NCBI GenBank assembly: GCA_045617585.1
Contig: JAZLIW010000149.1
Span: forward strand, 1,671 to 65,670
Source: Eubacteriales bacterium
GTDB taxonomy: Bacteria; Bacillota; Clostridia; Oscillospirales; CAG-272
Reading direction: 5' to 3'
Length of the DNA stretch: 64,000 bases
Below the pieces are notes generated by a model. It was not told where the DNA came from. It made no database searches and worked only from the letters and a program-made list of their open reading frames with translations. The position numbers were made by a program, and so were the translations under genes. Positions 37,704 to 46,991 of this stretch are shown here, one piece after another. The stretch's first letter is position 1; each line of letters opens with the position of its first letter.

Positions 37704-40664
37704 ATGCTCAAGCTCATCAACATTCAGAAGACCTATCTGACGGACGCCGATACCGTTCCGGCGCTCCGCGGTGTTGACATTGAATTCAGGAAAAACGAAT
37801 TCGTCGCGATCCTCGGTCAGTCCGGCTGCGGCAAGACAACGCTGCTCAATATCATCGGCGGACTTGACCAGTACACGGACGGCGACCTGATCGTCAACGG
37901 AAAATCCACGAAGGAATTCAACGACCACGATTGGGACACGTACAGAAACCATTCCATCGGTTTCGTCTTTCAGTCGTACAACCTGATCCCCCACCAGACG
38001 GTCCTTTCCAATGTCGAGCTTGCGATGACGCTTTCCGGCGTATCCAAGTCCGAGCGAAAGAAAAAAGCAGCCGCCGCGCTGGAAAAGGTCGGCCTCGGGG
38101 ATCAGCTGAACAAAAAGCCCAACCAGATGTCCGGCGGTCAGATGCAGCGCGTTGCGATCGCGCGTGCGCTCGTCAACGACCCCGACATCCTGCTCGCGGA
38201 TGAACCGACGGGTGCGCTTGACTCCGCGACCTCCGTGCAGGTCATGGATATCCTGAAGGAGATCGCAAAGGACCGCCTCGTCATCATGGTCACGCATAAC
38301 CCCGAGCTTGCGGAACAGTACGCGACCCGTACGATCCGTCTGCTCGACGGTCAGGTCATTGACGATACCGCCCCCTATCACGGCGAAGAGACCGAGGTCC
38401 TTTCCAAAAAGGATCAGCCGCGCGAGAAAAAGCCCTCCATGTCCTTCTTCACCGCGCTTTCCCTCTCCCTGCAGAATCTGATGACCAAAAAGACGCGTAC
38501 CTTCCTTACCGCGTTTGCCGGCTCGATCGGCATCATCGGCATCGCCCTGATCCTTTCTCTTTCGACCGGTATCAAGGCGTATATCGACAGAGTCCAGCAG
38601 GATACGCTTTCCAGTTACCCGATCCGACTTGAAAAAGAGACCTACGACCTCTCCTCTATCATCGTCTCCATGACCGGCGCAAGCGCCAAGGAAGAGGAAT
38701 CCGAGGACACCCCCAAGCCGCAGCGGGAAGAAGACCGCATCTACGTCAACTCGATGATGTACCGCCTGATCAATCAGGTGAATTCCATCGAAGCGAATCA
38801 GAACAACCTCGGCAATTTCAAGAAACATCTTGAAGCCACGCCCGCGTTTGACGAATACCTGAGCGCGGTCCGCTATATCTACGACCTGAATATGCCGGTC
38901 TACGCGAAGAACGTCGACGGCGAGGTCATCCGTTCCGATATCTCCGGCTTCTTCAATAAGCTCTACTCCTCGATGGGAATGGGCGGCGGAGCGTCCGCGC
39001 TCGGCGGCACGTCCTCCCTGTCCTCCTCCAGCGTCTGGGAAGAGCTCCTCTCCTCCCCCGAGGGCGGGATCCATCCGCTCCTTGCCGATCAGTACGATCT
39101 GGTCTACGGTAAATGGCCGGAGAACGCGAACGAGCTCGTCCTCGTCTTGAACCGCAGAAATGAACTGAGCGACCTCGTCCTTTATATCCTCGGTCTCAAA
39201 TCCGAGGAGGAGCTGACCGAGATCATGGAGGCCGCGTTCAAGCAGGACATGATCCCCGTCGACAACGACAGCTGGACCTTCGACGAGATCTGCGGCAGAG
39301 AGCTCCGTCTCGTGCCCCAGCCTTATCACTATCAGAAAAACGCGGACGGCACGTACACCGACCTTTCCACGACCGACGCGGGTCTTTCGATCCTCTTCGG
39401 CAGTGAAAACGCGATCGACCTCCATATCGTCGGTATCATCCGTCCGAATCCCGACGCCGTCTCGAATATGATCTCCGGCTCGATCTGCTACACCTCGGAG
39501 CTGACCGATCTCGTCATTGACAAAACCGTCAATAACGAACTGCTGAAAGCGCAGAAGGCAAACACCGAGACCGACCTGATCACCGGCTTCCCCTTCCCCA
39601 CCGACAAAGATCTGACAGACGAAGAGATCGCGTCTCTCGTCAGCGAATTCCTTGCCGGCGCCGATCAGGCAAAAAAGGCGGAGATCTATATCCGTCTCAT
39701 GTCCGTGCCGACCGATGAATTCCTCGATCAGACCGTTTCCTCCTTTCTCGAAAACGCCCAGCGTCCGATGATCGAGCAGATGATCATTCAGGCGTATCAG
39801 GAAAAGACCGGACTTACGGATGAAGCCACCATCCGCAATTATCTTGCCGGGATGGACGACGAGACGCTGTTCGAGGCTGCCGCGGACATGGTACGGCAGA
39901 GCGCTGCGGAGCAGTACGCGGCAAGGACCGCCGCACAGCTTGCGATGCTTCCCGAGGATCAGCTTGCCGCGCAGCTCGACGGCATGGAGCTGACCGCGGA
40001 GCAGATCACCTCCGTTTACGAAACGGACGTCCCGAAGGACGTTTCCGATTCGACCTACGAAAAGAACCTTGCCCGTCTCGGTGATATCGATCCCGATCAG
40101 CCGACGACGATCATGATCTATGCCGACACCTTTGAAAACAAGAATCAGCTCGCCGATCTCATCACCGCGTACAATAAGCAGGCTTCCGAAGAGGATGAGA
40201 TCTCCTATACCGACTACGTCGCGCTCTTCATGTCCTCCATCACGACGATCATCAACGCCATCACCTATGTGCTGATCGCGTTTGTCGCGATCTCCCTCGT
40301 CGTTTCCTCGATCATGATCGGCATCATCACCTATATCTCCGTGCTGGAACGCACCAAAGAGATCGGTATCCTGCGCGCAATCGGTGCCTCCAAGACCGAT
40401 ATTTCCCGTGTCTTCAATGCGGAAACGCTTACGATCGGCTTCCTCTCCGGCGCGATCGGCATCGGCGTGACGCTGCTGCTCACCATTCCGATCAATATTA
40501 TCATCCACGCACTGACGGATATCATGATCCTGAACGCCGTCCTGCCGTGGAGAGGCGCGATCGCCCTCGTGATCCTCAGTATGTTCCTCACCTTTATTGC
40601 CGGACTGATCCCCGCGAGCATCGCCGCGAACAAGGATCCCGTCGTCGCTCTCCGTACCGAATAA
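37704..40664 (+). CDS. Fused ABC transporter ATP-binding/permease protein, MacB/FtsX type
   Basis: N-terminal NBD ([35 protein letters not shown]). One TM near aa 262-285, an extracytoplasmic region of about 560 aa, then a C-terminal 3-TM FtsX module. Confidence 0.9.
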   Translation: MLKLINIQKTYLTDADTVPALRGVDIEFRKNEFVAILGQSGCGKTTLLNIIGGLDQYTDGDLIVNGKSTKEFNDHDWDTYRNHSIGFVFQSYNLIPHQTVLSNVELAMTLSGVSKSERKKKAAAALEKVGLGDQLNKKPNQMSGGQMQRVAIARALVNDPDILLADEPTGALDSATSVQVMDILKEIAKDRLVIMVTHNPELAEQYATRTIRLLDGQVIDDTAPYHGEETEVLSKKDQPREKKPSMSFFTALSLSLQNLMTKKTRTFLTAFAGSIGIIGIALILSLSTGIKAYIDRVQQDTLSSYPIRLEKETYDLSSIIVSMTGASAKEEESEDTPKPQREEDRIYVNSMMYRLINQVNSIEANQNNLGNFKKHLEATPAFDEYLSAVRYIYDLNMPVYAKNVDGEVIRSDISGFFNKLYSSMGMGGGASALGGTSSLSSSSVWEELLSSPEGGIHPLLADQYDLVYGKWPENANELVLVLNRRNELSDLVLYILGLKSEEELTEIMEAAFKQDMIPVDNDSWTFDEICGRELRLVPQPYHYQKNADGTYTDLSTTDAGLSILFGSENAIDLHIVGIIRPNPDAVSNMISGSICYTSELTDLVIDKTVNNELLKAQKANTETDLITGFPFPTDKDLTDEEIASLVSEFLAGADQAKKAEIYIRLMSVPTDEFLDQTVSSFLENAQRPMIEQMIIQAYQEKTGLTDEATIRNYLAGMDDETLFEAAADMVRQSAAEQYAARTAAQLAMLPEDQLAAQLDGMELTAEQITSVYETDVPKDVSDSTYEKNLARLGDIDPDQPTTIMIYADTFENKNQLADLITAYNKQASEEDEISYTDYVALFMSSITTIINAITYVLIAFVAISLVVSSIMIGIITYISVLERTKEIGILRAIGASKTDISRVFNAETLTIGFLSGAIGIGVTLLLTIPINIIIHALTDIMILNAVLPWRGAIALVILSMFLTFIAGLIPASIAANKDPVVALRTE

Positions 40665-40668
40665 TTTC

Positions 40669-42669
40669 ATGAACACCGTCAAAGCGGTAAAGGACGGCGT
40701 GCGTGACTTCTTTGAAAAGCATCCGCTCGCCGTCTGTCCGATCACCGCGTTTCTGCTTTCTCTTCTCGCCGAAGGGCTGAACTCCCGTTCGCCCTTCGGC
40801 GGGATCATACTTCTTTTTACCGAACCGGCAGCTTTCCTCGTCGGTTTTTTCGTGTTTCTGACCGTACTGTCCGTTTCGGCATTCTTTCACAGACATACGG
40901 CGGTATACGTGATCCTGACGTTTCTTCTCAGCGTACCGGGGATCGTCAACCTGATCTGTCTGCTTCTGCGGAACTCGCCGTTTCAGTGCTTTGACGTTCT
41001 CAACTTTGTCACCTGCTTCGATATCATCTTCGTCTACCTGAGTTGGACCGACCTGATCGTTCTCGGGATTGCCATCGTGCTGATCCTCATCCTGTTCACG
41101 ATCCTTTTCATCAAAGCCCCGGCCGGCTGTCCCGTCCCGCTCAAAAAAGCAGCGGCGGTGTTTTTCTCTTCTCTCATCGTGACCGCGGTCCTTCTGCTCG
41201 GTTTTCAGAAGACCGGAGCGGTCCCGGCGCGATTTGAGGATATCAAGGGGACGTACCGGCAGTACGGCTTTTCCTACTGCTTTTTCGTTTCTCTTTATGA
41301 CCGCGGCGTCAAAAAGCCGGAGGATTATTCCGGCGAGGCGGTTCATGAGATCATCGAAGAAGTCAGTGAAGAAGAAAAGCAGGAAGCGGACGACGGGCCC
41401 GAGCCCTCTCCGAACGTCGTCTTTCTTCAGCTCGAATCGTTCTTTGACCCGACGCGGGTCAAAGGTCTGACCCTGACCGAGGATCCGACCCCATGTTTCA
41501 GGAGCCTGACGCATATCTGCCCGCACGGCTTTCTCTCCGTTCCCTCGATCGGAGGAGGAACCGCCAATACCGAATTTGAGATCCTGACGGGCATGGACCT
41601 GACGCTGTTCGGCGTCGGGGAATATCCCTATTCCTCCGTCCTTCTTGACACCCCCTGCGAATCCGCGGCAAGCGACCTCTCCGAAATCGGTTACCGGACT
41701 CACGCGATCCATAACCATATCGGCACGTTTTACAACCGCAGCACCGTCTACCCGAATCTCGGCTTTGATACGTTCCAGTCGATCGAATACATGAACGGCA
41801 TCGAGACCAATCCGCTCGGCTGGGCAAAGGATAAGATCCTGACCAACGAGATCCTGCGTGCACTCGATTCCACGGCGGAAAAGGATTTCATTTTTGCCGT
41901 TTCCGTTCAGGGTCACGGCAGATATCCCGAGAAAAAAGAAGAGGAAGACGACTTCGGTCCGATCGGAGCGGAATTCTCTCCCGACCGGGACAAGGACGTT
42001 CCCTATCGGTATTACGTGAATCAGATCGCCGAAATGGACCGCTTCCTTTCGGAGCTGATCTCCTTCCTTTCGGATTATCCGGAGGAGGTCCTGCTGGTCC
42101 TCTACGGCGACCATCTTCCCCCGCTCGACCTGCGTGAGGAAGACCTGAACGACGGCAGACTGTACGCGACTGAGTACGTGATCTGGTCCAACCGCACGGC
42201 GCTGCCGCAGACCGAAAAAGATATCGAGACCTGGCAGCTGTTCCCCTACACCTTCTCCCTTGCCGGGATCACGAACGGGACCATCAATCTCTTCCAGCAA
42301 TACAGCGATCCGGAGGATCCGGACTTTGAAGAAGATTATCAGACGCTGATCTACGATATGCTTTACGGTGACCGGAACGTGTACGAGGGCGATCCGCCCG
42401 AGGCGCACGAAATGCAGATGGGGACCCTTCCCGTCGAGATCGATTCTTATTCCGAGATCGACGGTGACCTGTATCTGAGCGGAACGGGATTCACCGGGTA
42501 CAGCGTCATCTCCGTCAACGGATGGAACCACGATACGATCTTCCTGACCACGACGCTGATCAAAGCGCCGAACGTCACGGTCGGAAACGGGGACGCGATC
42601 ACCGTGCGTCAGATCACGCAATCCTTCGGTCTGCTCGGAGAGACGGAAGAATTCATCGCCGAAGAATGA
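40669..42669 (+). CDS. LTA synthase family protein (membrane-anchored sulfatase-fold phosphoglycerol transferase-like)
   Basis: About 5 N-terminal TM helices plus an extracellular sulfatase fold with FLQLESFFDP and GGGTANTEFE (catalytic Thr context). Confidence 0.82.
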   Translation: MNTVKAVKDGVRDFFEKHPLAVCPITAFLLSLLAEGLNSRSPFGGIILLFTEPAAFLVGFFVFLTVLSVSAFFHRHTAVYVILTFLLSVPGIVNLICLLLRNSPFQCFDVLNFVTCFDIIFVYLSWTDLIVLGIAIVLILILFTILFIKAPAGCPVPLKKAAAVFFSSLIVTAVLLLGFQKTGAVPARFEDIKGTYRQYGFSYCFFVSLYDRGVKKPEDYSGEAVHEIIEEVSEEEKQEADDGPEPSPNVVFLQLESFFDPTRVKGLTLTEDPTPCFRSLTHICPHGFLSVPSIGGGTANTEFEILTGMDLTLFGVGEYPYSSVLLDTPCESAASDLSEIGYRTHAIHNHIGTFYNRSTVYPNLGFDTFQSIEYMNGIETNPLGWAKDKILTNEILRALDSTAEKDFIFAVSVQGHGRYPEKKEEEDDFGPIGAEFSPDRDKDVPYRYYVNQIAEMDRFLSELISFLSDYPEEVLLVLYGDHLPPLDLREEDLNDGRLYATEYVIWSNRTALPQTEKDIETWQLFPYTFSLAGITNGTINLFQQYSDPEDPDFEEDYQTLIYDMLYGDRNVYEGDPPEAHEMQMGTLPVEIDSYSEIDGDLYLSGTGFTGYSVISVNGWNHDTIFLTTTLIKAPNVTVGNGDAITVRQITQSFGLLGETEEFIAEE

Positions 42670-42684
42670 AGAAAGGCAGGAGAC

Positions 42685-43668
42685 ATGAAGCTGCTGACGA
42701 TTTCCAAAAACGATGCCGGGCAGCGTCTTGACAAGTTTCTGAGCAAGGCGGTCCCCGCAATGCCGAAATCCCTGATGTACAAGGCGATCCGCACCAAAAA
42801 AATCAAGGTGAACCGGAAGCGGACGGAACAGGGCTATCTGCTGGCGGAAGGCGATACGGTTCAGCTCTTTCTCCCGGAGGATCTGTTTGCCGCCGATGCC
42901 GAAAAAGAAGCGTTCCGTACGCTGACGCCGCGTCTGAATATCGTTTACGAGGACGAGAACATCCTGATCCTCGACAAGCCCGCGGGAATGATCGTTCATC
43001 CCGACGAAGGGGAAAGCGTCAATACGCTCATCGGGCACGTCCTCGCCTATCTGTACCGCAGCGGCGCCTACGATCCCGACGCGGAGCAGTCGTTCACGCC
43101 CGCTCTCGCCAACCGGATCGACAGAAACACGTCCGGTCTCGTCATCGCGGCAAAGACCGCGGCGTCGCTGCGCGAACTGAACCGGATGGTAAAGGACCGC
43201 ACGATCAGAAAGGAATACCTTTGTGCCGTCCACGGGGTCCCGGAAAAGAAAGAAGATACTCTGACCGGCTTTCTGACGAAGGACGCGGACGCCAACCTCG
43301 TGACAATCTACGAAGAACCTCCGAAAAACGTCAAAAAGACCGATCTCAAAACCGTCATCACGAAATACCGTGTCCTCGCGTCCGAAAAGGGTCTTTCCCT
43401 GCTCCGCGTCGAGCTGATCACAGGCAGAACGCATCAGATCCGCGCGCACCTCGCGTCGATCGGTCACCCGCTGCTCGGGGACGGAAAATACGGCGTCAAC
43501 CGGGAGGACAGGAAAAGCGGATACGCTTTTCAGGCACTGAACGCGTATCGGCTGACCTTCGGCGGAGGCGGAGAAACGCTCGGCTATCTTGACGGCAAGG
43601 TCTTTACGTCGGACCCCGCAAGGATCTGGTTTTTATCCGAATTCCGGGACGGGGAGAAACTGATATGA
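42685..43668 (+). CDS. RluA family pseudouridine synthase (RluC/D-like)
   Basis: S4-like N-terminus, catalytic NRIDRNTSG motif, and HQIRAHL motif. Confidence 0.9.
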   Translation: MKLLTISKNDAGQRLDKFLSKAVPAMPKSLMYKAIRTKKIKVNRKRTEQGYLLAEGDTVQLFLPEDLFAADAEKEAFRTLTPRLNIVYEDENILILDKPAGMIVHPDEGESVNTLIGHVLAYLYRSGAYDPDAEQSFTPALANRIDRNTSGLVIAAKTAASLRELNRMVKDRTIRKEYLCAVHGVPEKKEDTLTGFLTKDADANLVTIYEEPPKNVKKTDLKTVITKYRVLASEKGLSLLRVELITGRTHQIRAHLASIGHPLLGDGKYGVNREDRKSGYAFQALNAYRLTFGGGGETLGYLDGKVFTSDPARIWFLSEFRDGEKLI

Positions 43669-45242
43669 GTTACGTTTTATGTCTTCTCTCCGGCATCCTC
43701 ACAGTCCTGCCGCTGATCTTTCCGAAGCTGTATCTGCTGTCCTGGGTCTCCCTGCTCCCCATGCTCCTGACGGTGACGAAGCACGGGAAGCCCTATCTGC
43801 ACGGTCTCTTATACGGGATGGGCTTCTATCTGCCGCTGTATTACTGGTTCATAAAGCTGTATCCACTGGATTTTGCCGGATTCACGCCGGTTGAAGCGGT
43901 CGGCGTGATCGCCTTCTGCTGGGTCGGTCTTTCCCTGCTTCAGGCAGCGGAGCTCGCGTTCGTCCCCTTCGTTTACCATTATCTCGGCAAAAGCGAAACG
44001 AATCCCTGGCTCCTGCCGCCCGTCGCCGCCGCCTGCTACGCGGTCTTTGAATGGGCGCAGACGCTCGGCTGGACGGGCGTGCCGTGGGGGAGACTTGCGC
44101 TCTCCCAGACCGGATTCCTGCCGAACATCCAGAGCGCGTCCCTGCTCGGCTCCTGCTTCGTATCGTTCCTGATCGTTCTCGTCAACGGTCTGTTCTCGAT
44201 CATTATCGAAAATGGGTTCCTGCCGCAAAAGAAAAAAAGGATCGCCGCGGCGCTTGCCGCAGGGGTCCTGCTCGTCAACGGGATCTACGGCGTGATCCGC
44301 ATCCGTGCCGTGGAATCGAAAGAACGGGAGGAGGTCCCGGTCGCACTGATCCAGGGGAATATCGCCTCCGGTGACAAATGGGCGGACGATTCCCTTACCG
44401 CTTCGCTGGCACTGTACACGGAGCTGACGAAAGACGCCGTTGCCGAAAGCGGTGCCCGCATCGTCGTCTGGCCGGAATCCGTCATCACGACCAGCGTCCC
44501 GCAGTCAGCGCGGATACGGGAAACGCTGGGGGAGCTGGCAAAGGAAACGGACGCGTATCTTCTCGTCGGCTGCTTTGATTATGTAAAGGACACCTCGACC
44601 GGCGATACGGCGTTCTATAACGCGATCACCCTCTTCCGTCCCGACGGGACGATGGATGAGACGGTGTACCACAAGCGCCATCTCGTCCCCTTCGGCGAAT
44701 ATCTGCCGATGTCCGGCTTCTTTCACACCTTTCTCCCCGCGATCGCGGAGATGAATCTCTTCTCCAGCGACCTGACGCCCGGAGACGGTCCCGCACTGTT
44801 CGAAACCGAATTCGGAAAGATCGGAGGTCTCGTCTGCTTTGATTCGATCTACGACATTCTTTCCCGTGACTCGGTGAACGCGGGCGCCGAGCTGCTCTCT
44901 CTGTCCACGAACGATTCGTGGTATCTCGATTCCGCCTCCGTCTGGCAGCACAACGCGCACGCCGCACTCCGTGCCGTCGAAAACGGCAGATCCGTCATCC
45001 GTGCCGCGAATACCGGCGTCTCGTCCCTGATCACGCCGACCGGAAGAACGACGGACCGTCTTGAGCCCCTCGTACGCGGTTACGTGACCGGAACGACCTG
45101 CTTCTCGGCGGAAAAGACCCTGTATTCCCATACGGGAAACCTCCTGATCCTCCTCTGCTGCTCTTTCCTCCTTTTTGACGCGGGAAGACTGATCGTAAAA
45201 CGCGTCCGAAACGGAAATACCGGATCGGAAACGGAACACTGA
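43665..45242 (+). CDS. lnt: Apolipoprotein N-acyltransferase
   Basis: About 7 N-terminal TM helices plus a CN-hydrolase domain. The E-K-C triad contexts are present: VVWPES, HKRHLVPFGEY, GGLVCFDS. ATGA overlap with the rluA-family stop. Confidence 0.82.
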   Translation: MSYVLCLLSGILTVLPLIFPKLYLLSWVSLLPMLLTVTKHGKPYLHGLLYGMGFYLPLYYWFIKLYPLDFAGFTPVEAVGVIAFCWVGLSLLQAAELAFVPFVYHYLGKSETNPWLLPPVAAACYAVFEWAQTLGWTGVPWGRLALSQTGFLPNIQSASLLGSCFVSFLIVLVNGLFSIIIENGFLPQKKKRIAAALAAGVLLVNGIYGVIRIRAVESKEREEVPVALIQGNIASGDKWADDSLTASLALYTELTKDAVAESGARIVVWPESVITTSVPQSARIRETLGELAKETDAYLLVGCFDYVKDTSTGDTAFYNAITLFRPDGTMDETVYHKRHLVPFGEYLPMSGFFHTFLPAIAEMNLFSSDLTPGDGPALFETEFGKIGGLVCFDSIYDILSRDSVNAGAELLSLSTNDSWYLDSASVWQHNAHAALRAVENGRSVIRAANTGVSSLITPTGRTTDRLEPLVRGYVTGTTCFSAEKTLYSHTGNLLILLCCSFLLFDAGRLIVKRVRNGNTGSETEH

Positions 45243-45268
45243 TCCCTTGATTTTTCACAACACGGTAA

Positions 45269-45311
45269 AACCCCATGACGTACATTGCGGACGTCATGGG
45301 GTTCGTTTTTT
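45269..45311. terminator. Strong bidirectional terminator
   Basis: AACCCCATGACGT / ACGTCATGGGGTT 13-bp perfect stem followed by CGTTTTTT, with A-rich sequence upstream. Confidence 0.85.
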
Positions 45312-45323
45312 GAAATTCTGAAT

Positions 45324-46781
45324 TTACATTTTCAGCAGTTCCGCGACGAGACGGTACAGTCTTTCGCAGGAGGCAAGCTCCATATGCTCGTTCGGCGTGT
45401 GGATATCCTTCAGCGCGGGCCCGATCGAGATCGCGTCAAGCGGGTGGGAGACCGAAGAAACGATCTGCCCGCATTCCAACCCCGCGTGGATCGCGGTGAT
45501 CGAAGGCTTGACGCTGTCTCCGAATACCTTCCGGCACGCGGTGACGAACTGTCCCTGCAGACGGGAATTGCGGTTCCATTCCCAGCCGGGATATCTGTTA
45601 TGGACAGTTTCCTTCCCGCCGCACAGTTTCGCCAGCACACCGAATTTTCCGATCAGTTCGTCCATCCGGCTTTCGGAAGAGGACCGTGCGAGAGAGATCA
45701 GCGTGATCTCCTCTCCGCTGTCCGCGATCACGCCGAGATTGGACGACGTCTCGACAAGCGAAAAATCGGAGGGGCACCTGGAGATGACACCGGCGGGGAG
45801 AAGCGCGATCGCGGAGAGGATCCTCGAGGTATCGGCAAACGTAAGCATCCCGGAAACGGAGCTCTTCGCCGGTTTTCCGGTCTTCACCTGAAAACGCCGG
45901 TCCTCGGGCTGGTTTTCGTGACGGATCTTTTCCGCCGTGTCGCGGATGACCTGAAGCGCTTCGTCGGGCTCGATCGTGAAGAAGATCGCCTCACATTCGC
46001 GAGCGATCGCGTTGTCCTTGTTTCCGCCGCTGACCGTAACGAGGTTCATCGGCGTTTTTTCATACACGGCAGAAAGGATCCTGCCCATCGCGAGATTGGC
46101 GCTTCTTCTTTGCTTGTCGATCTCCGCGCCGGAATGTCCCCCCGCAAGACCGCCGATCCGGACCCGGATCAGTTTTCCGGCGGACGGGATCGGGATCCGC
46201 TGATACGGCAGCGCGACGTTGACGCGTGCGCCCCCGGCACAGCTGACCGTGGCGACGCCCTCCTCCTCGGAATCGAGATTGATCAGGCGGTCCGCGGTGA
46301 TCACGGAGTAATCAAAACCGAACGCCCCGCTCATACCAACCTCTTCCTCGGCGGTAAAGAGGCATTCCAGCGCGGGATGTTCGAGCGCCGGATCGGTCAT
46401 GACCGCAAGCATCAGCGCGACCGCCGCGCCGTCGTCGCCGCCGAGCGTCGTTCCGTTTGCGTACAGCCAGCCGTTTTTCACCCTGAGTCCGATCGGATCA
46501 GTCAGAAAATCGTGGACCGTATCCGCGTTCTTCTCACAGACCATATCGGTGTGCCCCTGCAGCAGGACCGCCGGTTTCCCCTCGTATCCCTCCGTCGCGG
46601 GAACGCGCATCAGGATATTGCGGTACGCGTCTCTCGTACAGTCGATCCCGTTCTCCTTCGCAAACTTCTCCAGATAATCGCAGATGCCGTCCTCGTTGCC
46701 GGAGCCGCGCGGGATGCGGCTGATCTCCTCAAAATACCGGAACAACGCTTCGGGGCGATATCCTTCCATTCCTTCCGTCAT
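45324..46781 (-). CDS. pepD: Aminoacyl-histidine (Xaa-His) dipeptidase
   Basis: 485 aa from MTEGMEGY. M20 family hallmarks LQGHTDMV and GTTLGGDDG. The upstream extension in the track was rejected. Confidence 0.88.
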   Translation of the reverse strand: MTEGMEGYRPEALFRYFEEISRIPRGSGNEDGICDYLEKFAKENGIDCTRDAYRNILMRVPATEGYEGKPAVLLQGHTDMVCEKNADTVHDFLTDPIGLRVKNGWLYANGTTLGGDDGAAVALMLAVMTDPALEHPALECLFTAEEEVGMSGAFGFDYSVITADRLINLDSEEEGVATVSCAGGARVNVALPYQRIPIPSAGKLIRVRIGGLAGGHSGAEIDKQRRSANLAMGRILSAVYEKTPMNLVTVSGGNKDNAIARECEAIFFTIEPDEALQVIRDTAEKIRHENQPEDRRFQVKTGKPAKSSVSGMLTFADTSRILSAIALLPAGVISRCPSDFSLVETSSNLGVIADSGEEITLISLARSSSESRMDELIGKFGVLAKLCGGKETVHNRYPGWEWNRNSRLQGQFVTACRKVFGDSVKPSITAIHAGLECGQIVSSVSHPLDAISIGPALKDIHTPNEHMELASCERLYRLVAELLKM

Positions 46782-46839
46782 TTTAATATCTTCCTTTCCG
46801 TCTGCCGGATATTCCTTTTCCGGTTTTTCCGTTTTTTCT

Positions 46840-46868
46840 ATTTTATTACAAAACAGGAAGATTGTCAA
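46840..46868 (-). promoter_or_regulatory. Sigma-A-type promoter for pepD
   Basis: On the minus strand, TTGACA, 17-nt spacer, TAAAAT. Confidence 0.5.
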
Positions 46869-46991
46869 CCGGAAGGACCGATTTCTTACGGTTTGGAAAG
46901 ATTTCTTCCTTTCATCCGATACATAATTTTCTTTTCCGTTTGGAACAATGAGATACGGATCGTTTCGGATCCGCAAACGGAAAGGAGAATC

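Noticed and set aside
37665-40808. 1047-aa ORF on the minus strand. It is one of the longest ORFs in the track.
   Set aside because: It lies exactly antisense to the fused ABC transporter gene. Its product is Arg/Gly/Asp-rich low-complexity sequence with no motifs. The plus-strand gene carries all the Walker and FtsX features. This is a typical stop-free shadow frame in GC-rich coding DNA.
40594-43467. 957-aa ORF on the minus strand.
   Set aside because: It is the antisense shadow of the LtaS-family and RluA-family genes. It has no recognisable domain, and its composition is the R/G/D/V bias typical of antisense frames.
45285-46991. The first 569 codons of the 922-aa plus-strand ORF 45285-48053.
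   Set aside because: This part is antisense to pepD, whose M20 motifs are clear. Only the portion starting at the ATG at 46992 is genuine, and it encodes SpoIVB. That start has an AAAGGAGAAT RBS and is followed by a TM anchor.
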